Source of the DNA: Alphaproteobacteria bacterium
GTDB lineage: Bacteria > Pseudomonadota > Alphaproteobacteria > UBA828
Reading direction: 5' to 3'
Assembly: GCA_965221125.1 (NCBI GenBank)
Contig: CBDCRW010000004.1
Location: forward strand, 224,001-288,000
DNA length: 64,000 nucleotides
Shown in pieces: positions 49,080-57,856 of the stretch (position 1 is the stretch's first letter; each line of letters opens with the position of its first letter). Position numbers and translations under genes: made by a program. The notes under the pieces are model-generated. The model was not told where the DNA came from. It saw nothing but the letters and a program-made list of their open reading frames with translations, and searched no databases.

Positions 49080-50109
49080 CCGCCTCATCGCGACAGGCGG
49101 CGGGCTGGCCCTCGTGCTGGCCGTCTTCTGCGCGCTGCCGTTCCTGGTCGCGATCTACCGCATCGACATCCTGATCTTCCTGCTGATCAACGTGATCCTG
49201 GCGATCAGCTACCGGTTCCTCACGCTTGCCGGCGAGTTCTCGCTCGCCCACGTGGTGATGATGGGGGTGGGCGCCTACGGCAGCGCGCTCGCGACCAAGG
49301 AGGCCGGCCTCTCGGTCTGGCTGGCGGCGCCGCTGGCGGCGGCCTTCACGGGCCTGCTGGCGCTGGTGCTCGCCTTCCCGCTGTTCCGGATGAAGGGCTT
49401 CTACTTCCTGATCGGCTCCTTCGCCGCCGGCGAGGCGATCCGGCTGACCTGGAACCGCTTCCGCGATCCCTTCGGCGGCCCCGGCGGCCTGGTGTTCATC
49501 CCCTCGCCCGAAATTCCGCTCCCCGTCCTCGGCATGTTCGACGTCGCGGCGGACCCCATCGCCTACTACTTCCTGTGCCTCGCGATCGTGGTCATCACGA
49601 TCTTCATCTTCTACCGGCTGGAGCACTCCCGCTTCGGCCTCACGCTGCACGCGATCCACTGGCAGGACGTGCTCGCCGAATCGGTCGGCGTGCACATCTG
49701 GTGGTACAAGACCTTCGCCCTGGTGCTCGCGTCCGGCTTCGCCGGGCTCGCGGGCGGGCTCCTCGGCCACTACCTCGGCACCGTCAACCCGGTCCAGTTC
49801 AACCTGCACATCATGCTGTTCGTGCTGGTATGGGTGATCGTGGGCGGCACGCGGACCATCGCCGGCCCCATCATCGGCGTCATCGTGCTGACGGTCGTCG
49901 ACCAGGGCCTGCGCGGCTTCGACGAATGGCGGCCGCTGTTCTACGGCGCGATCCTGATCCTCACCGTGATGTTCCTGCCCGACGGGCTGGAGAGCCTGCC
50001 GCGTCGCCTGAAGGAGTGGTACGAGCTGGCGCGGCACGGGCGCCACCCGCAGGTCAGCGACGACGAAGAACCACCGGAGTCAGATAAACCGCCGCCTCGA
50101 GACGCCTGA
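49066..50109 (+). CDS. LivM-type ABC permease
   Basis: GEFSLAH, RMKGFYF, GGPGG, IVGG...GP and FLPDGL motifs. Confidence 0.92.
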   Translation: MRRSNRLIATGGGLALVLAVFCALPFLVAIYRIDILIFLLINVILAISYRFLTLAGEFSLAHVVMMGVGAYGSALATKEAGLSVWLAAPLAAAFTGLLALVLAFPLFRMKGFYFLIGSFAAGEAIRLTWNRFRDPFGGPGGLVFIPSPEIPLPVLGMFDVAADPIAYYFLCLAIVVITIFIFYRLEHSRFGLTLHAIHWQDVLAESVGVHIWWYKTFALVLASGFAGLAGGLLGHYLGTVNPVQFNLHIMLFVLVWVIVGGTRTIAGPIIGVIVLTVVDQGLRGFDEWRPLFYGAILILTVMFLPDGLESLPRRLKEWYELARHGRHPQVSDDEEPPESDKPPPRDA

Positions 50110-50758
50110 GATCGCTCATCGTCTGGTCCTCCGATGCGGCCGCGAGGCGATCTGGTCCGAAGCTCACCGGGTCGCGCTCGATCGCCTCGGCCCGCTGTCG
50201 CGCGTCCTGAGCCGCCGTCTCGTCTCCCGCTTGTGCCTTCAGCGCCGCGAGGACGCGGCAGATCGGCGCCTGGTCGCTGTCGCGCCAGCCGAGGCCCGAC
50301 AACCGCAGCTCTTGCGCTTCCTCCAGAGCGGCCGCCGGATTGCGCGCGAGGTGGGCACCGCCGGCGAGCGCCGCCCCCCGGCCGGCACCGAGAAGCTTGG
50401 CGAACTCGACACGGGCGAGCGCGTCGTAGCGCCGCCGATGCTTCGCCTCCAGCCGAAGGTGGAAGCCCGAGCTGCGCGCGCGCTGGGGGAGCGCCATGCG
50501 CGCGATCCAGGCCTCTGCTGCCTCCCAAGCACGAAGCGCCCGGCGGAAGGCCCGGCGCGCGCTCGCGGCGTTGCCTTGCGCGGCGTGGCAGAGAGCGAGG
50601 TGGGTCCGGCTTGCGGCCCGGCGCGGGTCGTCCGTATCGAAGGCCCGGCCGATGGCGGCGGCGGAGCGCCAGGCGGCGTACGCCTCCTCGATACGGCCCT
50701 CCTGAAAGGCCGCGAGGCCCTCCAGCGTGCGTGCTTCCCAGCGCCGGTCGGCCGACAT
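50054..50758 (-). CDS. Hypothetical helical (TPR-like) protein
   Basis: Ala-rich helical repeats (DPRRAASRTHLA); lies 3 nt after the LytTR gene and overlaps the livM 3' end convergently. Confidence 0.6.
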   Translation of the reverse strand: MSADRRWEARTLEGLAAFQEGRIEEAYAAWRSAAAIGRAFDTDDPRRAASRTHLALCHAAQGNAASARRAFRRALRAWEAAEAWIARMALPQRARSSGFHLRLEAKHRRRYDALARVEFAKLLGAGRGAALAGGAHLARNPAAALEEAQELRLSGLGWRDSDQAPICRVLAALKAQAGDETAAQDARQRAEAIERDPVSFGPDRLAAASEDQTMSDLRRLEAAVYLTPVVLRRR

Positions 50759-50761
50759 CGT

Positions 50762-51568
50762 TCAGACCAGGCCGGCGGCGCGGACGGCGGCCATGTAGGT
50801 GCGGCTTACCGGCACCTCGTGTCCGCCGGTGAGCCGCAGCGTCGTGCGGCCGTCCCGCCGCGCAGCCCCCTGGACGTGCTGGCGCGCGACCCAGTAGGAG
50901 CGATGCACCCGGAGCCCGCCTGCGTCGTCGAGCTCGGCGACGGCGTCGACGAAGCGCATGAGCACCAGGGTCGAGCCCGCCGTGGTGACTGCTTCGACGT
51001 AGTGGTCGGCGGTCTTGAGATAGACGAGGTCGCGGCCGAGTTTTTCGGGCAGGCGGTCGAGGAAACGCGCCCCGGGCGCAGGGCCGGCGGTTGACGCCTC
51101 GGCCGGATCGGCCACGGCGTCGGCGCTTCCCGCCGTCAGCCGGCGCCGGACTTCGATGACGGAGACGACGGACATCCCGATCACCAGCATCAGCACGGCC
51201 ACCGAGAGATAAATCGTGGGGACGGAGACTCCGGTGGTGTAGCCGGGCCGGAAGAGCGCTTCAGCGCCGTACACGAGCCCGGTACCGGGCGCAGCCGCGA
51301 GCGGTGCCGCGCACGCGGCCACGAGGACGCGCCGGCGCATCGATTCGCCGCCGACGGTGACCAGCGCCGCCATCATGATGCCGCCGCAGACGAGCCAGTT
51401 GCCGCCCATCGCCACCGCCCAGTAGCCGAGTCGGCCGCCCAGCCCGAGGGAATCGTAGGTGCCGAAGGGGCCGATGAAGGCGAAGAGCAGCACCAGGCCG
51501 ACGAGCGCCGCCCCCTGACCGGCCAGCGAGCGGCGCAGTTCGCGAAGCGTGAACGGCGATTCCTGCAA
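50762..51568 (-). CDS. Membrane-bound LytTR-family transcriptional regulator
   Basis: Four N-terminal TM segments (GPFGT) and C-terminal LytTR domain (DHYV, VHRSYWV, VPVSR). Confidence 0.88.
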   Translation of the reverse strand: MQESPFTLRELRRSLAGQGAALVGLVLLFAFIGPFGTYDSLGLGGRLGYWAVAMGGNWLVCGGIMMAALVTVGGESMRRRVLVAACAAPLAAAPGTGLVYGAEALFRPGYTTGVSVPTIYLSVAVLMLVIGMSVVSVIEVRRRLTAGSADAVADPAEASTAGPAPGARFLDRLPEKLGRDLVYLKTADHYVEAVTTAGSTLVLMRFVDAVAELDDAGGLRVHRSYWVARQHVQGAARRDGRTTLRLTGGHEVPVSRTYMAAVRAAGLV

Positions 51569-51668
51569 CTCGCGAATAATCCCGTGGCGTTTGCGTATCG
51601 GACGATGACGCGCGGCGTCGGCCTGCTCACCCTGCCCCGGTCAGCCAACCCCACGCTCAGGAGAATAT

Positions 51669-52151
51669 GTGATGACCATTCGAACCGCATCCATCAAGGG
51701 CTTCGCTCTGGCCGCCGCGATCGCCTGCACGGCCTCGCTCGCGTCCGGGGCTGCGGCGGCCGATCTCGAGGTCCGTGTCGACGGCCTGCGCTCGTCCGAC
51801 GGCGACGTGCGCGTGGCACTCCACCGGCAGGTATCGGACGACAGCTTCCCCGGCGATGCCGGCGTGGTCGGCGCGTCCTTCCGTCGGGCCGCCGAGGGTA
51901 CCGTGCGCTTCGTCTTCGCGGACGTGACGCCCGGTGCCTACGCGGTGGCCGCGTTCCACGACGCCGATGGCGACGGCGCGCTCAACCAGAACCTCGTCGG
52001 CATGCCGACCGAGGGCCACGGCTTCTCCAACGGCGCGCGCGGCTTCATGGGCCCGCCCAGCTTCGAGGACGCGGCCGTGACCGTGGACGAGAGCGAGGCT
52101 GTGGTCTCCATCACCGTCTCCATCGACTATCCGATCGGGGCGCAGCAATGA
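51669..52151 (+). CDS. Secreted DUF2141-family protein
   Basis: Signal peptide, PGAYAVAAFHDADGDG, GMPTEGHGFSN and GPPSF motifs. Confidence 0.85.
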   Translation: MMTIRTASIKGFALAAAIACTASLASGAAAADLEVRVDGLRSSDGDVRVALHRQVSDDSFPGDAGVVGASFRRAAEGTVRFVFADVTPGAYAVAAFHDADGDGALNQNLVGMPTEGHGFSNGARGFMGPPSFEDAAVTVDESEAVVSITVSIDYPIGAQQ

Positions 52152-53656
52152 CCGGCGCACCCTCCCGCCGGGCGGTGTTGCAGGCGCTCGGCGCTCTGCC
52201 GGTCCTCGTGGCGGCCGGCAGGGCAGGGGCGGCCAGCAGCGATGCGGCCGAACCCGGCCTCTCCGCCGAACAGCGCATGCTGGCCTTCGCCACTGCGCCG
52301 GCCGAGACCCTTGCCGCGCCGCTCGCGACGCGTGCCGGCCGTCTGCCACTCGATCTCACGGGCGTTCTCTGGCGCAACGGCCCGGCGGAGCACGAGCGCT
52401 TCGGCCATCGCTACGGCCACTGGTTCGACGGCGACGGCATGGTGCAGGCCTTCACCTTCTCGGGCGACGGCGTGAGCCACCGCGCCCGCATCCTGGAGAC
52501 GCCGAAGCGCCGCCGCGAGACGGAAGCGGGCAGGCGCCTCCTGCCCACGTTCGCCACGCTGCCTCCGGAGGTCGAGCCGATCCTCTCGCCGGACGACATG
52601 AACGCCGCCAACACCTCCGTGCTCGCCCACGGCGGGCGGCTCATGGCGCTCTGGGAAGGGGGCTCGGCGCTCGCGGTCGATCCCGAGACGCTGGACGCCG
52701 ACGGCTTCGTCTCCTGGCGCGCGGACCTCGCAGGCCTGCCCTTCTCGGCCCATCCCAAGGTGGAGGCCGACGGCACCTGCTGGAACATCGGCTGCGCCAC
52801 GGCGCCCCGGCCGATGCTGCTCTTCTACCGCATCGACCCGCAAGGCCGGCTCGCCGCCTTCAACGCGCTCCCCCTCGACCCCCTCGGCATGGTGCACGAC
52901 TACGTCGTGACCCGGCGCCACCTGGTGCTTGTCGTACCCCCCTTCGTGGTGGAGCCGGAGCGTTTCGCGGCCGGTCCCATCAGCTTTCTCGACGCCCACG
53001 TCTGGCGGCCGGAGCTCGGCACCCGCGTGATCGTGGTGGAGAAGGAGACCCTCACCCCCATTCGCCGCTACGCGCTGCCGGCGGGCTTCCACTTCCACCA
53101 CGGCAACGGGTGGGAGGAGGCGGACGGCACCATTCACCTCGACCTCTGCCGGGCGGCCGACCCGATGTTCGCGGTCCACGACCTCCGCGCGGTCATGGCG
53201 GGGGACTGGCGCTTCCCGTCGGCGCAGCCGCACTACAGCCGCATGGTGCTCGGGCCCGGCAGTGCGGCCACGGTCGAGCAGGTGGTGCCGGCGGAGGCGG
53301 ACTTTCCCCGCATAGACCCGCGTCGCACGGGGCTGCGGCACCGTGCGCTCTTCGCGCTCACCGGCTCGGGCGACGGCGGCTGGCCGCTCTCGCGCATCGA
53401 CCGGATCGACCCCGACCGAGGTTCCGTCGACGGCTGGTCCTACCCGCGTCACGTGATCCCGGAGGAGCACGTGTTCGTGCCGCGCGGCGGGACGGAAGGC
53501 GACGGCTGGCTGGTGGGTCCCTCCCTCGACCTGGAGCGCCGCGCTGCCGGGCTCAGCGTCTTCGACGCCCGGCACCTCGCCGACGGGCCGCTCTGGCAAG
53601 GCCTCCTGCCCTACCCGCTCCCCCTCGCTCTGCACGGGACCTTCGTCCCGGCGTAA
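52148..53656 (+). CDS. Carotenoid cleavage oxygenase (RPE65 family) with Tat signal
   Basis: SRRAVL signal, RNGP, HWFDGDGM, four His ligands (SAHPK, VHDY, FHHGN, LHGTF) and EEHVFVP; ATGA overlap with DUF2141. Confidence 0.9.
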   Translation: MTGAPSRRAVLQALGALPVLVAAGRAGAASSDAAEPGLSAEQRMLAFATAPAETLAAPLATRAGRLPLDLTGVLWRNGPAEHERFGHRYGHWFDGDGMVQAFTFSGDGVSHRARILETPKRRRETEAGRRLLPTFATLPPEVEPILSPDDMNAANTSVLAHGGRLMALWEGGSALAVDPETLDADGFVSWRADLAGLPFSAHPKVEADGTCWNIGCATAPRPMLLFYRIDPQGRLAAFNALPLDPLGMVHDYVVTRRHLVLVVPPFVVEPERFAAGPISFLDAHVWRPELGTRVIVVEKETLTPIRRYALPAGFHFHHGNGWEEADGTIHLDLCRAADPMFAVHDLRAVMAGDWRFPSAQPHYSRMVLGPGSAATVEQVVPAEADFPRIDPRRTGLRHRALFALTGSGDGGWPLSRIDRIDPDRGSVDGWSYPRHVIPEEHVFVPRGGTEGDGWLVGPSLDLERRAAGLSVFDARHLADGPLWQGLLPYPLPLALHGTFVPA

Positions 53657-53667
53657 CGCGAGAACCG

Positions 53668-53793
53668 GGCGTCGGGCGACGAGTAGGGAACCGGGCCGCA
53701 GGCCCGGACGGCGCGACAGCGCCGCGCGCCGAAGGCGCGTAGCCAAGCGAGCGGAGCGAGCGCCCGGCGCCTGAGGGATTACAAAAAGATCCC
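53668..53793. repeat. Structured cloverleaf-like intergenic palindromic element
   Basis: Closing stem GGCGTCGGGCG (53668-53678)/CGCCCGGCGCC (53761-53771) encloses hairpins CCGGGCC-GCA-GGCCCGG, GGCGC-GACA-GCGCC and GCGCGCC-GAA-GGCGCGT. Confidence 0.6.
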
Positions 53794-53795
53794 GC

Positions 53796-54995
53796 TCAAA
53801 GAGCGGGATCAGCCGAGGGGAGGCCCAGCAGCACGCGGCCGTGGTTGGACGCGTTCACGTCCCAGTTCTGGGTGATGTGACCACGGATGCAGTTGAGATC
53901 GCGCATCGCCCGCGAGATCGGGTTGCGGTCATAGAGCCCCGCCCCGCCCGAGAGGTGGAAGAGCAGGTCAACCGCCTCCGCCGCGAGCCTGCCCGCCATG
54001 GTCGCCTTGGCGCGAAGCTCCGTCTTGAGCGGCATCGGCGCGACCTCGCCCCGCGCGGCCACCGCCATGCCTGCATCGCAGCAGTGGTGCAGCAGCAGCC
54101 GCGCGGTCTCGATCGCGGTGTGGGCCTCGGCGACCTTGACCTGGGCGGTGGCGTAGTCGGCCATGCTCTTGCCCGACATCCGCGCGATGCGGTCGCGGGT
54201 GCGCGCGATGAAATCGTCGTAGGTGGCCTGGGCGACGCCCACCGCGACGATGCTCTGGTTGATGGAGAACATGGCGAAGGCCGGCAGCTTGTAGAGTGCC
54301 GCGCCGTTCACCGCGCAGCCCGGCGCGCTGCCGCCGCCCTTGGTCTCGTCGATGGCGAGCGCGCGCCGGTCCGGCACGAAGACGTCGTCCACGGCGACAT
54401 CGGCGCTGCCGGTGCCGCGCAGGCCCGCGGTGTGCCAGGTGTCGATGATCTCGAACTGGCCGAGGGGGACGGCGTGCATCTGCGCGCGCTTGGGCACGCC
54501 GTCCCCCTCGGTGAACGCCGTCGCGATGAACCAGTCCGCGCCGTAGACGCCGCTCGCGAACGGCCAGCGCCCGCTGATGCGCCAGCCGCCGTCCACCCGC
54601 ACCGCCCGGCCGCAGCTAGGGATCAGCACGCCCGCCACCATGGCGTCCGGCACCGCCTCCCAGATTTCGTCCTGCCCCTCCGGCGGCCAGTAGCCCAGCA
54701 GGCAGTTGTGCGAGCAGTACTGGGTCAGGCACCAGCCGGCGGCGCTGCAGGCGATGGAGATGGTCTCGACGATGTCGGCCATGCCCGAGAAATGCGCCTC
54801 GGCCCCGCCGTGCCGCGCGGGCTGGAGGATGCGCTGGATGCCGGACTCGCGCATCGCCTGCATGGTCTCGGGCGCGAGCCGGCGGGTCTCCTCGGTCTCG
54901 TCGGTCCGCGCGCGCACCGTCTCCATGAGCCCCCTGGCCCGCGCGAGAAGATTTTCGCGGGTCCGCGCCGTGTCCACGCCTGCCGTCTCGTTCAT
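53796..54995 (-). CDS. Acyl-CoA dehydrogenase-fold flavin-dependent monooxygenase (group D, HsaA-like)
   Basis: ILQPARHGG, GRWPFASG, DTWHTAGLRGTGS and RAMRD...H motifs. Confidence 0.87.
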   Translation of the reverse strand: MNETAGVDTARTRENLLARARGLMETVRARTDETEETRRLAPETMQAMRESGIQRILQPARHGGAEAHFSGMADIVETISIACSAAGWCLTQYCSHNCLLGYWPPEGQDEIWEAVPDAMVAGVLIPSCGRAVRVDGGWRISGRWPFASGVYGADWFIATAFTEGDGVPKRAQMHAVPLGQFEIIDTWHTAGLRGTGSADVAVDDVFVPDRRALAIDETKGGGSAPGCAVNGAALYKLPAFAMFSINQSIVAVGVAQATYDDFIARTRDRIARMSGKSMADYATAQVKVAEAHTAIETARLLLHHCCDAGMAVAARGEVAPMPLKTELRAKATMAGRLAAEAVDLLFHLSGGAGLYDRNPISRAMRDLNCIRGHITQNWDVNASNHGRVLLGLPSADPAL

Positions 54996-55001
54996 GGCGC
55001 T

Positions 55002-55646
55002 TCAACCTTCCATCAGCACGTCGTGGGCGAGGTGGTCCGCCACTCTCCCCAGGCCCTCGCCGGTGCGGCAGTTGGTCAACAGCACGGGCCGGCCGTTCCG
55101 CACCTCCTCCGCTTCCTGCCGCATGAGCGCGAGATCGACGCCCACGTGGGGCGCGAGGTCCGACTTGTTGATGATGAGCAGGTCGGCCCGGATGATGCCG
55201 GGCCCCCGCTTGCGCGGGATGTCGCCGCCGCCCGAGACGTCGATCACGAACATCCAGTAGTCCACCAGGTCGAGGGAGAAGGTGGAGGCGAGGTTGTCGC
55301 CGCCGCTCTCGATCAGGATGAGGTCGAGGGGGCGGAGCTGGTCTTCCAGCATGTCGGCGGCCTCGATGTTGAGCGTCGGGTCCTCGCGGATCACGGTGTG
55401 GGGGCAGGCGCCCGCCTCGACGCCCACCACGCGCTCCGGCGAGATCAGGCCGCTCCGCTGCAGCCGCTCCGCGTCCTCCTGCGTCACCAGGTCGTTGGTG
55501 ACGATGGCGAGCGAGGTGCCGCGCGCCGCAAAGAGCGGCAGCAGGCCCTCGATGAGCGCCGTCTTGCCCGAGCCCACCGGCCCGCCGATGCCGACCCGCG
55601 CCGCGCTCGGCGCGGCTGCGGCCGGGGCCTCCGCCGTCTCCGCCAT
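55002..55646 (-). CDS. ureG: Urease accessory GTPase UreG (no urease in window)
   Basis: [15 protein letters not shown] Ni-binding motif, ESGGDNL, RKRGPG and NKSD; TGATG coupling with ureE. Confidence 0.92.
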   Translation of the reverse strand: MAETAEAPAAAAPSAARVGIGGPVGSGKTALIEGLLPLFAARGTSLAIVTNDLVTQEDAERLQRSGLISPERVVGVEAGACPHTVIREDPTLNIEAADMLEDQLRPLDLILIESGGDNLASTFSLDLVDYWMFVIDVSGGGDIPRKRGPGIIRADLLIINKSDLAPHVGVDLALMRQEAEEVRNGRPVLLTNCRTGEGLGRVADHLAHDVLMEG

Positions 55647-56104
55647 CACCTGCCCTCCCGCTCGTCCACGAGGCGCGCCCTGCCGTCGGCCAGGTGCTGA
55701 GCGAGCCGCGCCATGTAGCTCTCGCGCGGGCCGTCCAGCGCGACCTTGAGCACCGCGCCCTCGAAGCGCACCCGCCAGTGCAGATTGCCGCAGAAATAGC
55801 CGAGGTCCAGAGCCGCCGCTAGGTCCCGGGGCTCCAGCGCGAGCCACACCGTCTCCCGCATGCGGACGACGACGGCGCGGTCTTCCTCCAGCAAGAGAAC
55901 CGCGCCGTTGGCGAGGCTGTCGGAGCGCGCCAGCGCAATCGCGCAGTCCGTCCCCTTGTCGGTCGCCACGCGCAGCCGCTTGCGCGCCGTGTCGGCCGCA
56001 TCCAGCGTGATGGACTCGACCCGGCCGTCGTGTTCCAGCGCGTGCAGCCGCTCCGCGATGTCAGGCTCGGTCGCGTTGCCGAGGATCCGGGTCAACCGCA
56101 ACAT
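55646..56104 (-). CDS. ureE: UreE-like nickel metallochaperone
   Basis: [11 protein letters not shown]...L..GAVL N-domain and GYFCGNLHW (GNxH) motif; no His-rich tail. Confidence 0.78.
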   Translation of the reverse strand: MLRLTRILGNATEPDIAERLHALEHDGRVESITLDAADTARKRLRVATDKGTDCAIALARSDSLANGAVLLLEEDRAVVVRMRETVWLALEPRDLAAALDLGYFCGNLHWRVRFEGAVLKVALDGPRESYMARLAQHLADGRARLVDEREGR

Positions 56105-56227
56105 GGCGGGCAGCTTACGAGGATGGTGCGTGCTGGCAAGGGAGGGCGCGCCGGCGCGGCGCGTGTCGATTGAAGGCCGGCCGGGCCTTCGGCATCATGC
56201 GGGCACGGCGCCACGCGGAGGAACGTT

Positions 56228-57856
56228 ATGCGCGCGACGATGATGGACTACCCGCTCACGCTGACCCAATACCTGGAGCGGGCCGGCACGCTGTTCAGAG
56301 ACAGCGAGATCGTCACCCGGCTGCCGGACAAGTCGCTGCACCGCTACCGCTACGGCGACTTCCACCGGCGCGCCCGGCAACTCGCCTCGGCGCTCAGGCG
56401 CGCAGGCCTCGAGCGGGGCGATCCCGTCGCCACCATGATGTGGAACAACTTCCCGCACGAGGAGTGCTACTTCGGCGTTCCCTGCGCCGGCGGCGTGCTG
56501 CACACGCTGAACTTCCGCCTGCACCCGAACGACATCGCCTATATCGCGAACCACGCGGGCGACCGCTTCGTGATCGTGGACGACGTGCTGCTGCCGCTCT
56601 TCGAGAAGGTCCGGGCCGAGATCGCGCCGGAGCGGGTGTTCGTCGTAGCCCTCTCCGGCCATCCGGTGTCGGACGGCTACGAGAGCTACGAGGACCTGCT
56701 GGCCACCGGCGATGCCGATGACGACCTGCCGGAGCTCGACGAGCGCGACGCCTGCGGCGTCTGCTACACCTCCGGCACCACCGGCCGGCCCAAGGGCGTC
56801 GTCTACTCGCACCGCGCCATGGTGCTGCACACCATGACGATGTGCATGACCGAGCCCTTCGGCATCAGCCAGCACGATTCCGTCATGCCGGTGGTGCCGA
56901 TGTTCCACGCCAACGGCTGGGGTCTCCCTTTCGCGGCGGCGGCGAGCGGCGCCCGCATCGTCCTGCCCGGCCCGCACCTCGACCCGGTGAGCCTGCTCGA
57001 CCTCTGCGCGGCCGAGGAGGTCACGTTCACCGCCGGCGTGCCGACGATCTGGAACGGGATCCTCCAGGCGCTCGATGCCGAGCCCGAGCGCTGGTCGCTC
57101 GACCCCCGGTTCCGCACCGCGGTCGGCGGCTCGGCGGCGAGCGAGGCGATGATCCGGGGCTTCGACCGTCACGGGGTCCGCACCATCCACGCCTGGGGCA
57201 TGACCGAGATGACGCCGCTCGGCACCGCCGCGCTGCTCAAGGCGACCATGCAGGGGCTGGACGAGGACGCCGCGTACGGCTACCGCGCGAAGCAGGGGAC
57301 CGCTCTGCCCTTCGTCGACATGCGGCTGATCAACGATGCCGGGACCGTGCCCTGGGACGGCGAGACCATGGGCGAGGTGCAGGTGCGCGGGCCCTGGATC
57401 GCCGCCGCCTATCACGATTCGGAAGAGCTCGGCGACAAGTGGTCGGAGGACGGCTGGCTGCGCACCGGCGACGTCGCCACCGTCGACTCCGAGGGCTACA
57501 TGAAGATCACCGACCGCACCAAGGACCTGATCAAGTCCGGCGGCGAGTGGATCAGCTCGGTCGATCTGGAGAACGCGCTCATGGGGCATCCCGCCGTGAG
57601 CGAGGCCGCGGTGATCGCGGCGCGCCACGAGAAGTGGGAGGAGCGCCCGCTCGCCGTCATCGTCCTGAAGGAGGGGGCGGAGGCGGATTCGGACGCGCTC
57701 CAGAGCCACCTCGCAGCGGGCTTCGCCAAGTGGTGGCTGCCCGACGACTACGTCTTCGTGGACGAGATTCCGCGCACGTCCACCGGCAAGTTCCTCAAGT
57801 CGGCGCTCCGCGAGCGCTTCGAGGGGCTGCTGGTGGACGAGGGCGGCGGGGGTTAG
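56228..57856 (+). CDS. Medium/long-chain acyl-CoA ligase (AlkK/DmdB-like)
   Basis: YTSGTTGRPKGVVYSHR, PMFHANGWG, AWGMTE and DRTKDLIKSGGEWISS motifs. Confidence 0.92.
   Translation: MRATMMDYPLTLTQYLERAGTLFRDSEIVTRLPDKSLHRYRYGDFHRRARQLASALRRAGLERGDPVATMMWNNFPHEECYFGVPCAGGVLHTLNFRLHPNDIAYIANHAGDRFVIVDDVLLPLFEKVRAEIAPERVFVVALSGHPVSDGYESYEDLLATGDADDDLPELDERDACGVCYTSGTTGRPKGVVYSHRAMVLHTMTMCMTEPFGISQHDSVMPVVPMFHANGWGLPFAAAASGARIVLPGPHLDPVSLLDLCAAEEVTFTAGVPTIWNGILQALDAEPERWSLDPRFRTAVGGSAASEAMIRGFDRHGVRTIHAWGMTEMTPLGTAALLKATMQGLDEDAAYGYRAKQGTALPFVDMRLINDAGTVPWDGETMGEVQVRGPWIAAAYHDSEELGDKWSEDGWLRTGDVATVDSEGYMKITDRTKDLIKSGGEWISSVDLENALMGHPAVSEAAVIAARHEKWEERPLAVIVLKEGAEADSDALQSHLAAGFAKWWLPDDYVFVDEIPRTSTGKFLKSALRERFEGLLVDEGGGG

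Noticed and set aside
55002-56104. Urease operon
   Set aside because: No ureA/B/C, ureD or ureF within the window.
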